Assembly (NCBI GenBank): GCA_032718475.1
Contig: JAUCBJ010008837.1
Coordinates: 1-64,000 of the forward strand
Source of the DNA: Nemertoderma westbladi
Taxonomy: Eukaryota > Animalia > Xenacoelomorpha
DNA: 64,000 nucleotides
Direction: 5' to 3'
Shown: positions 13,860 through 27,204 of the stretch, in pieces
Numbering within the stretch: the first letter of the stretch is position 1
Layout of the letters: each line of letters opens with the position of its first letter
Translations under genes and position numbers: made by a program
The notes under the pieces: generated by a model
The model's input: only the letters and a program-made list of their open reading frames with translations
Told to the model about the DNA's origin: nothing
Database searches by the model: none

Positions 13860-15400
13860 GCGAACCATCCGATTGGTGCTGCGCTCTGATTGGCTCATTT
13901 AAGAGACAAGGGCCTCCCTTAATAACCGAATTGCTATTTAATACATCCCCACCAATATATTAGGTCATTATTTCAATTGCAAGTTACGATTAACATCATT
14001 TACCATTATTTTGTTTTCGAATTTAATATTATTTATTAAGAATATTTATTTGTTATCATCAGTCAACAACCCACTTGTATTATTGTCATTTCGCCGCGTT
14101 ATCGTTCATCGTCGACAACAAACTTTCCGCGTATCCGACTTACAACCGCGTAATATTCCAATATTTCTAATATCCGATACCATTCCGTTCTATCGGTAAA
14201 TAAACTCTCTCGTCGTCCACGTCAACCAACTTCCTCATCGCCACCGAACTTCCAAACTTCATCTTTCCGTGAATATTAACTGACACCGTAAGTAAAATCT
14301 GCCTTCCATCTAGCTATACTTTCGACGCCGCTAGCAAACAATTTACCTTTAATGTCTACCGGTACAACAGTATTGCAGTAGGCTCATTATTAATTACTGT
14401 CAGACTGCGGTGGTACCGATAGCATAAACCGTGATCGGGCATTCAATCAATAGGTCTACATCTGTCTATCTGCTTATAGTATTTTTTCTTTTTACAAATA
14501 ATCATCTTATTTTTCTAGTATCATTTCGCCGCGTTATCGCTTATTGTCGACAACAAACTTTCCGCGTATCCGACGCGTAATATTCCAATATTTCTAATTT
14601 CCGATACCATTCCGTTCTATCGACTAATAAACTCTCTCGTCGTCCACGGCAACCAACTTCCTCACGAACTTCCAAACTTCATCTTTCCGTGAATATTAAC
14701 TGCCACCGTAAGTAAAATCTGCCTTCCACCATCTGACGATACTATCGATGCCGGTAGCAAACAATTTACCTTTAATGTCTACCGGTACAACAGTATTGCA
14801 GTAGGCTCATTATTAATTACTGTCAGACTGCGGTGGTACCGATAGCCTAAACCGTGATCGAAGCATTCGATCAATAGGCCTACATCTGCCTATCTGCTTG
14901 TCTACCTGACTACCGATACCGATCTGCCGATAGCCTAGGGCCATTGTAGTAGCGCTATAGACCCTACTGAACAACAATGAATACTGTAGTTTTCACTATA
15001 TATCCTACTGACTAACTGAGATCTCACACAGCGATTAGCTAGGCCTATCGTTGATTTGTATTGGTTAGCGCTGACTTCTGGCGGACTATATCAAGCACTA
15101 CTGCACTAACTAACTGACTGTTGTTTATAGACCCTCTTTCCACGAATAATAACTGCCATCGCTATTGTGTCTTGGTTATCGCCACTATCTAACCGCTGGT
15201 ACACTAACACTTCCACACTAGACACTACCGACTGTCTGCATTATGTTTCACTGACTGATTGCTACAATACAGCAATAGGCCTAACTATATGAACACAGTA
15301 TTGTTGCCTAGTAACCGATTAATACCTACTGTTTTACTTTATTTTTAGCAAGTATACAGTATTTTTTATCTTTTTACAAATAATCAATGTATTTTTCTAG
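13860..15400 (+). promoter_or_regulatory. Putative Pol II promoter and spliced non-coding leader of pPolB, including a ~435-bp tandem duplication
   Basis: Two ATTGG (CCAAT) boxes at ~13870-13895. GTAAGT donors at 14288 and 14708. TTTTCTAG acceptors end at 14518 and 15400, the latter 7 nt before the ATG at 15408. Duplicated units start at 14086 and 14521. Confidence 0.5.
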
Positions 15401-15407
15401 ATTCAAG

Positions 15408-18400
15408 ATGCCAAGATCAACAAATAAAGTCAGCTGCCCCCATCTGCGACAAAGAGACGCGGAGTGATAATTTATCTCGTCATATTAAAACTCATTTCGT
15501 GCAATATAGATGCGACTGCTGCTCGACTTGGTCCTCGGAAAAGAAGACACTGGTTGGCCATCTGGTATCGTGTCCTCAGGGGGGAACAGGATTTACTTAC
15601 GTAAATGAGCCATCCGATTGCCGCTGCGGGGATTCGCTCACCCTATCATCCTTCACTGAGCATGAATGCTACACTCGACTTTTTTCGCGGAAACGCAAAA
15701 CTCCGGCTACCTCCCACTCATCCCCCATCAACTCTACTCCAGAACAAGTCGGCGGCTGCGGCTCCAATAATGAACCTTCAACTTCGCGAGATTCTATTTC
15801 CCCAAACAATCCCTTTCAACCCCCCTCTATTGGAAGTGCACACGGACGACTGTTTACTTATAACAATGACCTCGCAGAAACAAGACTCGACGCTGAACTA
15901 ACTTTAAATGAAAATTTTCCACATATTCAAGAACACGTTAGTAGCCATTTACATAGTGCTTTGGGAACTTTTTTAAGAGTCTGGCTTACAATCAATATCG
16001 TAATGGAGCGTGAAACTAGCGAGGGTTTCCAAATTGAATCCTTCTGTTTTAAATCTAGCGGTAACAATAATCAAATTCTAAATAATAGCGACTTTAATAA
16101 CTGGTTTTCTAGCGCCGTCAATCGTATCGATCAACTGTTAAGCGTGTTTCTCTGTCTCGGCTCGGGTTGGCGCATAATAGCCATCGAGCGAATAACTATT
16201 GAGATTGCGCGTTCCCAACGCAACCCCTATTTAAAGGGTCAAGGCTTCAATAATTCTAAATTATTATTAAATAAAAAATGTACCGTAAGCGTAGACTGCC
16301 CGCTGGGGGAATGCTTTAAATATGCAGTATTAGCCGCCGCAAATTATAATAAAATTGATAGAAAACAAAATAATATCATAAGAATTTCAACGTATACTCG
16401 TTTCCTAAACATGTTTGATTTTTCCAATTTAAGTTTTCCGGTGGACAGAGTAACTGGTATTCCCCAGTTTCTGAAAGCCAACCCTATATACTGTATAAAT
16501 CTTCTTTATTGGAGTAATACGGAAGAACTCTCCATTCTAAGTCAACCAGATAGCGCGCACTGTTCCGGTAAAACTGTACTAAATTTATTATTTATCGAAG
16601 CCACAAGCAAAAACCCCGCCCACTATGTAGCTATTACTGACATAGATAGACTAATAAATTCAAAAGATTCTAACGGTAACAAGACGCACTGCGAACGCTG
16701 TCTCAGAGGCTTTTACACTGACAAATCATTGGAAGAACATCGAGAGCGGTGCTATATGGGTAAACGCCAACTCGAGTATATGCCCGAAAATCTCTTGGTT
16801 AGGTACGATAAGACTCTATCCCCACCTTTCTGTATATACGCCGACATTGAAACTATTCTAGAACCTACAAACAATATTAAACTCCCACAGAAACATATAG
16901 CTAGCGCGGCAGCCTTTTATACAGTACCAAATCAGAAATTAATTAACCCTCCTAAAACAGATGTTCAAATTTTCCGCGACGATGGCAGTAACCACGTAAT
17001 GCGCGACTTTCTAACCGCTATGGAAAGTCATTGTAGGGAGTTATACGATTGGTCCATTTCTAGTACAAACACGCACGCCCCCATGCAACTCACTACTAGC
17101 CAACAAACTGACTTTAATAACGCTACACAATGCTACGTCTGCAACCGTAATTTAACCCCCGATTCTCATAATTTAAACCTCAATGACAATCTCAGCACCA
17201 AAGTCCGCGATCACGATCATTATAGCGGGGAGTATCGAGGGGCTTCTTGCGTCAGCTGCAACAGGAAACTTTCCCTAAAACGGAATAATTTTTATATTAT
17301 ATTTCATAACTTGAGGAAATTCGATATGCATTTACTACTAAAAGAAGGAATGACCGATAGTTCTAGAACACACTGGAAAATGACTGTAATGCCAAAAAAC
17401 ACTGAAACTTATATTCACCTTAAAGTTAGCTTTCCAATCGATCCGAGTACACCAACAGCCAACGCTAAAGAAAGTATCTCCATTAATTTTCTAGATTCCT
17501 ATCAATTTATGACTGCCAGCCTAGATAATCTTAGTAGTTATCTCACTAAAAATAACAGTAACCTTGCAACGGCCATACCCCCCCCATACACTAGCTCAAA
17601 TGACCCAACTCTATCCCAACATTAGCGATAACACAATAAAAAACAAGGGCGTATTCCCATATTCCTACATTCAAAATATTTCAAACCTACACGAAACTAC
17701 ACTCCCCCCAATAGAAAGCTTCTATAATGATCTCAAATTGGAACAATGTAGCGCAGACAACTATCAGCGCGCGCTTACTACTTGGGATGAATTAAACTGC
17801 GCAACAATCTTCGACTATATGATTGGCTATTTGGTTCTAGACGTTACCCTATTGGCTGATACTTTCGAGCAGTTCCGATCCCTCTTTCTTACTAATTATG
17901 GACTCGAGCCCGTAATGTACTTCACTGCCCCGGGATTAACTTACGACGCGGCGCTGAAATTCACGCAATCAGAAATTCAATTACTATCAGACGCTTCCAT
18001 CTACTCGGACTTTGAAACAAATATTAGGGGTGGTCTAGTTTTCTTGAATACACATTCTGTAGACGCAAATATTCCCGATAAACCCAACTACGACTCCAGT
18101 CTCCCCGAGAAATATCTAATTCCCATCGATGCGAATAACCTTTACGGCTGCGCCCTGAGCCAGAAACTTCCCTACACTAATATTAAACTCGTAACTACCC
18201 CCATAGACCTAGCTACAGTAGACGCGAGTGGGGACACTGGTTATTATTGCATAGTTGATCTACATTACCCGAAAGAAATTCACGATTTGACCGCCAATCT
18301 GCCTCTAGGAGCGGAGAAGATGTCAGTCCCTAAATCCTTTCTTAGCGAATACATGGAAGATCTTTGGGAGCATTACAATCTCACCGATACGGCTACCTGT

Positions 18401-19456
18401 AGACCATACAACGATACCTGTACTAAGCTACTACTACATCAGTTTAATAAGGTTGAATACGGTATCCATATTAAGCTACTTCAACTCTATTTGAAGCTCG
18501 GTCTTAAACTTACACAAGTACATAGGGTCTACTCTTTCTCACAAAAATATATTTTCAAGGACTACATTAGTTTTAATACGAATAAAAGACAGTCGGCAAA
18601 TAACCCATTCGAGGTCCTATTTTATAAGTTGATGAACAATGCCCTGTATGGGAAATGCCTCCAAAAGGTTAGAGACCGCGTTTCTTTCAGGTTATGCAAT
18701 AGCGACGAACAATGCGATTTGCTCTTAGCCAAGCCCAACCACGAATCGTTTGTTGTCTTTACCCCCAACTTGAGTGGACATACTTTCACTAAAGAGGCTG
18801 TTTGCCTAAATCAGGGCGTGTTCATCGGTTGCACTATACTAGATCTATCTAAGCTACAGATGTACGACCTATTTTACTACAAACTGAAGCCTCTAGAACA
18901 AAAACTGGATTGCCAGATTCGCTGTCTAGCCGGTGACACGGATTCTCTAATGCTAAGCGTAACTAATGCACCACAGCTAACCTTTCTACGGGCAATGTTT
19001 GAGGGTGGTTTCCTAGATACTTCCAACTACAGTACAACACATCCACTCTATACCATTAAACACAAAGCGGCTCTCGGCTTCATAAAAGATGAGAGCTGCG
19101 GTTTGCAGTATAAACATTGGGTTTTCCTTAAACCAAAGGTCTATAGTTTTCAATCCTACGATGCCCCAATCAAGAAAACCGCCAAAGGTGTATCTAGATC
19201 GGTTGTCGATAAGCAACTAACACACGAGGATTATGCAGACTGTTTTGAAAACGAAGCAATGCTCTTCCGCTATAACTCTACCTTCACTTCTAGAAAGCAT
19301 CAAATTTTTACTGGTCATGTCTATAAGAAGGCACTAACGCTCTGGGATACGAAATCATATTGGAGTAGTAAATATAGCAGCAAACCATACGGGCACTATA
19401 GCACTAAGCTTGTTAGACCGGCGAAACGAGTAGTAATCCCCCCTACTAGGATTTAA
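15408..19456 (+). CDS. Protein-primed family B DNA polymerase (pPolB) with N-terminal C2H2 finger and endonuclease VII-like insert; two frameshifts in C runs
   Basis: MPRSTNKVSCP-ICDKETRSDNLSRHIKTH; GSGW; YADIE; DHDHYSGEYRGASCVSCN; HNLRKFD; FLDSYQF; KGVFPY; DANNLYG; KLMNNALYGK; GDTDS; PKVY; AKGV. Frameshifts near 15440 and 17580. Confidence 0.92.
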
Positions 19457-19470
19457 TTTAATTTTTCTAG

Positions 19471-19986
19471 AATAAGAAATTGAGCAACAAAATAGAAATA
19501 ACCAATAAACAGTTTACCGGAAAAAACATTGCCAAATTTGAACTAGAGAAAATTTCATAGCAAATTACAGGTCAAAGTTGCTTAAAACCAAACATGTTTA
19601 TCTACAAAGGTGACGATTCAACTATAATGCTATTTCCCAGCGGCGCAGTAACAATTGTAGGCCTGTGCAATAATTTAGCTAGTGAATTGCTTTATTTAAA
19701 ACAAACTATCGGTATGCAATTACAAAATTTGAAACTTAATACCGAAACGCGAACTATTATTTTTCCAAGTGTTAATTTTAAATTATTAATGAAAAAATGT
19801 GGACATCATACAATTAATAATAAAGCAATATTTATTAGCTATACCCCCGAATTATTTTGCGCGATTAGAATATATATAGGACGTGCATATTTCAGTGTAT
19901 TTCATAGTAATAAAATCGTTTCCATGTGTCCTGCCGGTGAATTCCCCGGATCATTATCTATTTTACAAACTTTATTATTAAATTAG
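19471..19986 (+). pseudogene. TBP-like (TATA-binding protein fold) gene with an in-frame TAG at 19558
   Basis: IMLFPSGAVTIVG and SYTPELF...FSVFHSNKIV resemble the two TBP repeats. KPNMFIYK matches KPNQFIYK of the homologue at 43279-43790. It follows a TTTTCTAG acceptor at 19470. Confidence 0.65.
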
Positions 19987-22190
19987 TTTATTTACTATGG
20001 TATACATGAAAGTTTACTATATTATTTATTTTGTGTTGGTTTTTATTTTTCCATGAGTAGGGTTTGAATCCGTGATCATCCGTGTTACCTACTTTTTATA
20101 ATTGCATTAGTAGGACTCGAACCCTGGTTTAACTTATTTTGTGTTGGTTTTATATTGGTCGCGAGTAGGGATTGAACCCGTGACCTTCTGTTTATTTTCC
20201 ATAAAACGGGATATGAATAGGGATCGAACCTGTGAGCATATGTTTTTCCTATTTTACCTCTTCTTCTCCATCTTTCTCACTCAAATTTTCCCCATTTTCT
20301 AGGGGTAACTGTTTTTGTATCCCTTTCAAAATATTCATAACTTTATGAAATTTATTTTCCATTGTCTGTTTTATATTTAATATATCACGCTCATCTCTCT
20401 TTTTCTTTTCATATTCACTAAAAATATCTTCGGATTTTTTAAATTTTTTGGTAACGGAGCCAATAGTTTTTCCTTTCTATGTGTTTCCATCTGACGAGAT
20501 AAATTGTCTTGTCTCATTTCTTTATTACAAACCAAAAAACTTTCATGTCTATGCATTATATAGCAATGTCAATTGATAATATTGAATTTTCACATTATAT
20601 TTATGTTAAATTATAAATTTATGCTACAATTATTATTTTTATTATAAAAAACAGAAATATTCGAGTTATATTGCATTATATAATTTGCATTGAAGTGGAA
20701 TACTTTAGATGTTGGGGGAATCTGGTTTGCGAGGGATATTTGAATGGTGAGTATAACTATCCTTGAGAGCTAGTGCAACGCTATCTCACTATGGATGGGC
20801 TTTACCACTGTACTCGCATCTGCTCTCTCATTGGCTGTTCGATGCCTCCGATTAAGGGTCTAAGGCCTTCAAGCTGGTCATTTGCTTAGTTCTCTAATTG
20901 GAGGGATGTGAGTTTGGACCCTAGAAGTGCATTATTCTTTTTCCTAGCTCTTGGTTAACTCTAGCATACACTCTAGCTTTGACTCTCCCGGCTATAGTGA
21001 TAGTATGCAACCTTGGGAGTTAATGTGAGTACATATTTCAGTGTATTTCATAGCAATAAAATCGTTTCCATGTGTCCTGCCGGTGAATTCCCCGGATCAT
21101 TATCTATTTTACAAACTTTATTATTAAATTAGTTTATTTACTATGGTATACATGAAAGTTTACTATATTATTTATTTTGTGTTGGTTTTTATTTTTCCGT
21201 GAGTAGGGTTTGAATCCGTGACCATCCCTGTTACCTACTTTTTATAATTGCATTAGTAGGATTCGAATCTTGGTTTAACTTATTTTGTGTTGGATTTATA
21301 ATGGTCGCGAGTAGGGATTGAACCCGTGACCTTCTGTTTATTTTCCATAAAACGGATATGAATAGGGATTGAGCCCGTGACCATATGTTTTTCCTATTTT
21401 GTGTTTAGTTTAGTTATTCTAGTTATTCTATGTTTACTTTTTATATTTTCATGACTAGGATTCGAACCCTGGTTTAACTTATTTTGTGTTAAATTATAAA
21501 TTTATGCTACAATTATTATTTATATTATAAAAAACATGTTTATTTTCCATAAAACGGGATACGAGTAGGGATTGAGCCCGTGACCTTCTGTTTTTCCTAT
21601 TTTGTGTTTAGTTTAGGTACTCTAGTTATTCTATGTTTAACTTATTTTGTGTTGGTTTTATATTGGTCGCGAGTAGGGATTGAACCCGTGATCATCTGTT
21701 TATCCTATTTCGTGTTTAGTTTAGTTACTCTATGTTAAAGTGAATTTTCACATTATATTTATGTTAAATTATAAATTTATGCTACAATTATTATTTTTAT
21801 TATAAAAAACAGAAATATTCGAGTTATATTGCATTATATATTTTGCATTGAAGTGGAATACTTTAGATGTTGGGGGAATCTGGTTTGCGAGGGATATTTG
21901 AATGGTGAGTATAACTATCCTTGAGAGCTAGTGCAACGCTATCTCACTATGGATGGGCTTTACCACTGTACTCGCATCTGCTCTCTCATTGGCTGTTCGA
22001 TGTCTCCGATTAAGGGTCTAAGGCCTTCAAGCTGACCATTTGCTTAGTTTTCTAATTAGAAGGTCGTGAGTTTGCACCCTAGAAGAGCATTATTCTTTTT
22101 CCTAGCTCTTGGTTAACTCTAGCATACATTCTAGCTTTGACTCTCCCAGCTATAGTGAGAGTATGCAACCTTGGGAGTTAATGTGAGTAA
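19886..22190. repeat. ~1.15-kb tandem duplication containing an array of ~11 B-box-like motifs on the minus strand
   Basis: 19886-21030 is repeated with rearrangement from 21031. The motif reads GGTTCRAnYCC on the minus strand. Confidence 0.8.
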
Positions 22191-24104
22191 AGGCCAAGAG
22201 ATTAGACTTCTGGTTGCCTCTATTGGTTCATTCTTCTTAACTTTATAAAATAACTCAACCCGTATCTAAAGTTTTAAAAATTATGACTTAGTCGACTAAT
22301 TTTCCAAAGTATATTATAAAAACATATAATTTCTTGAATAAATAGACCTAATAGTAATAAATAATGTGGGGGTAAATACATTTATAATTCTAATATAATT
22401 ATTAAGGATAAATAGTCCTAATACTAATATAATTATGTAATAGTAAGCAAAATTTTTATGCGCAACCATCACAGATTATTTGGATATAAAAGATCACACA
22501 GCCGGAGGCTAACTTGCTGGGATCGACAAAGGCTTTGTGTGCGGTGTGCCGCTATGTCTTATATCGGGTGGATGAGAGAGCCCCCCTAAGCGTAACATTG
22601 CGAACATGGGCTATATTGCTAGAGAGAGAACTACATATAAGACCACATGGAGGTTCATGGAGTGGATGGGCTACGTGAATGGAGGAGCCTAGACCATTGA
22701 ATAATTAATTTAGTGCAGGAAGATGTCACGCCATTAGTCTGACACCGAGAGGGCACAGAGAAACACCAGAAGATGCCTTAACATCACTAACTATGGGCCT
22801 ACTAGACACTATTAACCGCACACTATAAAGGTAAACAAAATCCTTATCGCATTTTCAGCTATAATGAGCGACAGTTCGCGGCAAACTATAGAGAGTTTCC
22901 AGATTACTAAACGTTTCAAATTAACTGTCTCCTTGAATGGCTTACTAGCAATCATACTACTAAAAAATTCATTAGAGAGTGGGATTGAACTCGTTGTATA
23001 GTAAAAAAGTAAAACGAGTGAAATACTATATGTATAATTACAGGACGGCTGGGTGCAACCTTCGTTCACCTACAACCTCCCCCCAGGTGCAATCTTTGTT
23101 CGCGAAAATTTTCAGGAATTTTGAATTTTGCAGTCGCATGGAGTGATAACCCTTAGGTGAAAGCTAAATTTGCTCTACTTTAATCAAATGGGGCATTAAA
23201 GCTACGAGTATATTTTCCTTTACATACTCCCTCGATCTTACACAAATCTGGGTAAAAGGCGGTTGAAGGGCTATCATTCGCAACATATGCGGTCCCCCCT
23301 TTAATGTTTCATTGTTCAATTCATAGTCGCCTTTAAGAATTTCTCAGGAAAATAAGGACGATCACTTTCAACCCATGCGGCCCTCCCTTTCATGATTTCA
23401 TTGAACTATCCATAGTATGAACAATCAAACCAAAGCCTTTGAATATAGGACTAAATATCCTCGCGGCTTATCAGCGGCGCCATGGCTAACGGCTTAATAT
23501 CAATAGTGAAGCATCTAAAAGAATAGAAGAGTAATAGAAGAATAATAGGGCAGAACAGCGTACTTACAGCTTAGAGGTGGGCGCGCTGAAAACTTTGCTC
23601 GCCATCAATACATACAAAGCATCGCTTGATGGAAAGAGTAATAGCGTGGATATTTTCATTTTGGTGAATATAATTTATAGCATTAATCACGAAAATCGCT
23701 AAATAATATATTTTAACTAAAGTCAACTCTGATAAACAACTTGCATAACGAGTTTGTAAAGAATTCATAGGGATTGGCTGTTTATTTAGGGATTAACATT
23801 CAAAATGATTATGAACGAGCAATAGGGTCATTAGTGGTATGCTGAGACTCACTTATTTCATGGCTCGCTCTCATAGTATAGATTAACTAATAGAGAAAAT
23901 GAAAAATAAGTGGTTAAACATCCTATATTTTTAAACATTATGGGGAAACAAGAATAAATAATTTACCGACAACATCAATATTAAATAATATAACAACAAC
24001 GGATAAATAATTTACCAACAACATTAATAATAAATAATATAAGAACATCAACAATAACAAAAGATATAGTCAGAACAGTTTTTAATAAATAGAGACTGTT
24101 TATA

Positions 24105-25817
24105 TTAATAGGGTTGCTGGTCTCCGAGAATAAGGTTTGGTTTAACCCTTTTAGGGTCCGATACTATTAATGGCTGCGATAATTTTCTCTTTAATAGTTT
24201 GTTGAGATAACCTTTTCTTGGGGGGTGAAATAGATTAAGGTGTGTTTGCTGCGGGAGAAAGATGCCTTCTCTGAGAGAACGTTTTAGTAATTCGAAAAGG
24301 CGCGCGATGGTAAAGTTGTTGGATAGGGTGATAGTGTTGGTATTTTTCGTATTGGTGAATATAATTTCTGCTGGTTTGTTCTCGATATGGATGTAAGGAC
24401 TGAGGTAGTAGTGAGAGTTGGGTGGGTTGGTTGTATTTATCGTGAGAAAAGCGCTGCCCCTAATATTGAGACCGTTGGTGAACTAAAAAGTGGTATTCTC
24501 TTCGTCTTTCATTAAAATGGGCCAGATACCGACATATTTTTCGGATTTGAACTTATAGATAAAGGCTGCGATACTGCTATTTATGAGATAGCGTTGGTGA
24601 TTGGGAATCGTAATCTGCTTTGGTTTGAAAGCAAATTGTATAGCCATAGCCTTGAATCTGATTAGAGCCTCGCGCGCTTGAATCGTGTTAGCTATAGTAA
24701 AGGATTCGTTAAATTTTCTCTCGGTTATCTGTAAATCAATTTCTGAATCACTGATACAACTTTGTATCGATATTCGCTCGGAAATGTTGTCTTTGTAGAT
24801 GTTAAGTTCATCGTAGCAGACACATTCACTATCCTCGATAGTTGAATCGAACCATTTCAAATCGCCTACCTCGGTTGGTGTAAGAAGAATCATGCCCCTA
24901 GAAGAAACAATAGCCTTTCCATTGTCAACCTCGTAGCCATTGGTGATCGCTAAATTGCGCTCGTTCCAAATATTTGTAACAAACCCAAAAGTGCAATAGT
25001 CAAAAGCAACCCAATTACCCGGTTTTAGGACAAGGTGAGTAGTAGGATTAATAAAAGGGCGACATATGTTTACATATTGTTGAAATAAATTGGCGCAGGC
25101 AACGGAAAATGTGATCCATGAACTGTTTACAGTGTCTTCCAGCTTTATTAACTCGAGTGGATTCACTGGGTTAATACTTCCATAGGTGCCAACTCTATAA
25201 TTGAATCCAAAGTAATAGGAGACTTTATTGGCGAAAAAGCATGTGAGCTCATTCAATTTCTCGCCGAAAGCGAGAACATCCTTGTCGAAAAGTTTAAAGA
25301 AACGAGTCTCCTCTTCCTCGGTCGGAGTCGACGAGTTCCAGATGAGAAGAAGAATCGAGTTTGCGATACTATGAAAATCGAATAAGCGATCATCGGAGAA
25401 GAAGGAGGTTACGAGAGTGGTTAAACCCAGTAAACGATTTGCCACATCTTGGTTGATGTTTTCTCGAATAAAATCGACTATACTAGTTGGAATCGTAAAC
25501 GTCTCGGGCGAAGTAGTTAGATTGAACGTTATTTTGTTGGCCCTTTTTAAAAGTTTGAAACCGTGGTTGGAGGAATGAAGTTTATTATCGTCGAGGGTTT
25601 GATATTGTCCATCGTGAAGTTCGTAGCAGGCCCGGAAAATAAAGTGCGCGTAGTTTGCCGGAATCGGGATGGGTTGGTTTAAGGTTGTATTTATCGTTAA
25701 CGGGAAGAGTTTGTTCGCCGAATCGAAATATAGACCAAACGAGTTGTCTTGTAGCATAAACTGATTTTCGTTGCAAACCAGATCGTTGCTTGAATAGCTG
25801 ATTTCTGAATGTGCCAT
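24105..25817 (-). pseudogene. Multi-domain PC4-like (putative ssDNA-binding) protein, copy 1, premature TAG at 24483
   Basis: Nearly identical to the intact 563-aa ORF at 59147-60838, with a CAG>TAG change. The segment IYKFKSEKYVGIW...GLNI is PC4-like. Confidence 0.6.
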
Positions 25818-26170
25818 CGTGATTGTGTACCGGTAACTCGTTTAGGAAATAAAAATAAATAAATACTTTTACGAAAATAATTAAAACTTTTCAGGAAAAC
25901 AAAGAGACAATGATTGGGAATGTGGTGAACGGGGGCTATTATAGAGGGGGCTAGAATGGGTTAGCCAATCAGGGAACAGTAGGGAGAAAAGATTGTATAA
26001 TTAAACCAATCAGAGAGCAGCTTTGATGACGTCACATCAGGCGAGATAATGATTGCCCAATGTTATTCAATGGTAGCCAGAGTGGCGCCATTGAATAACG
26101 AAGGCAAAGGGGCCGCGAGAGGAAAGATTATAAAGTTAACGATAAGGGATCTATAAACCATAGAGCTAAA

Positions 26171-27204
26171 TATAGACATTATGTCATAATTACGTCATTG
26201 GTAATATAAAAACTAATTAATCTAAAAATAGAAATCAATGTATAAAGTAAAAGTAATACAATTAATTAATTTAAAATAAAGTACAAATGAATAAATAATT
26301 TAGAATTAAATACGAATAAAATAAAATGCAAATAATTAATTAAAATTAAATATAAATAAATAAGCCTCAAACATCTTGCCTCATGGCTCGCCCCTTAGAA
26401 CTCTTAAGCAATATAACTTCATAGTTTTGCGGATTGTAAATAACAAAGCTAGAGAAGATGATAATTTTCAAATAATACGCCCTCTAGTGGCAGACTATGG
26501 AACTGCAGACGACTGGATATAGGTAAGAGTAATTAGTAATCAGAGGTGTCACAATAGAGGGCGGGGCGCTTGGATACAACTATTATTAATTGGTTGTTGC
26601 TTGGTTAAAGCTAATTGGGGGTCAAAGGTCAACGAAAAAGCTGTCTGGAAATAGAGTAATAGAGTAATTAGTTACCAGTAAGGGAGCTGTATACCCTATG
26701 GCTAAGGATAACGAGATGAAAGTCAATGAGGTCATTTAGAAACCAATATATAAAACTAATTATTGGTAAATCTAAAATTAAGTACAAATAAATAAAGTAA
26801 AAATAAATACAATTAATTAATTTAAAATAAAGTACAAATAAATAAGTATTAATAAATAAAAGAGCTGCGGTGTCACTTATGACACCCTCTTGATCCGGCT
26901 CTGTGACACTTGGACAACACTGATGACCCATTGTGTGTCAGGGCGCTAATCAGTCTGATTAATTAGGATAATCAATTAAACCCTAATTAGGAGTCGTAAG
27001 ACACCTATTAGGGTTTAATTGTACTAATTAATTGATGACACCTGTCAATTAGGATCTAATTAGCCTAATTGGGAGGTGTCATCCAGACAGTCTGGCGCCA
27101 ATGACACCCAATGACACCCTATGGGTGATAATTGGGTGTCATATGACACCCAATGGGTGTCAGTGAGGTCCAAGTGTCACAGAGAGGACCAAGACCCTAC
27201 TACT
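26171..27204 (-). repeat. Right terminal inverted repeat of the reduced element
   Basis: Reverse complement of 12353-13357; ends CCCTACTACT. Confidence 0.9.

Larger units (their letters stand above)
12353..27204. mobile_element. Reduced Polinton/Maverick-like element (pPolB + TBP-like + PC4-like; no integrase, capsid, ATPase or protease), copy 1
   Basis: Ends are AGTAGTAGGG...CCCTACTACT. A perfect 6-bp TSD GTTGTG lies at 12347-12352 and 27205-27210. TIRs are ~1 kb. The element splits BEL gag. Confidence 0.93.

Noticed and set aside
20050-21700. B-box repeats as tRNA genes or a CRISPR-like array
   Set aside because: There is no D-arm/A box, anticodon arm or acceptor stem. The spacers are AT-rich and themselves repeated.
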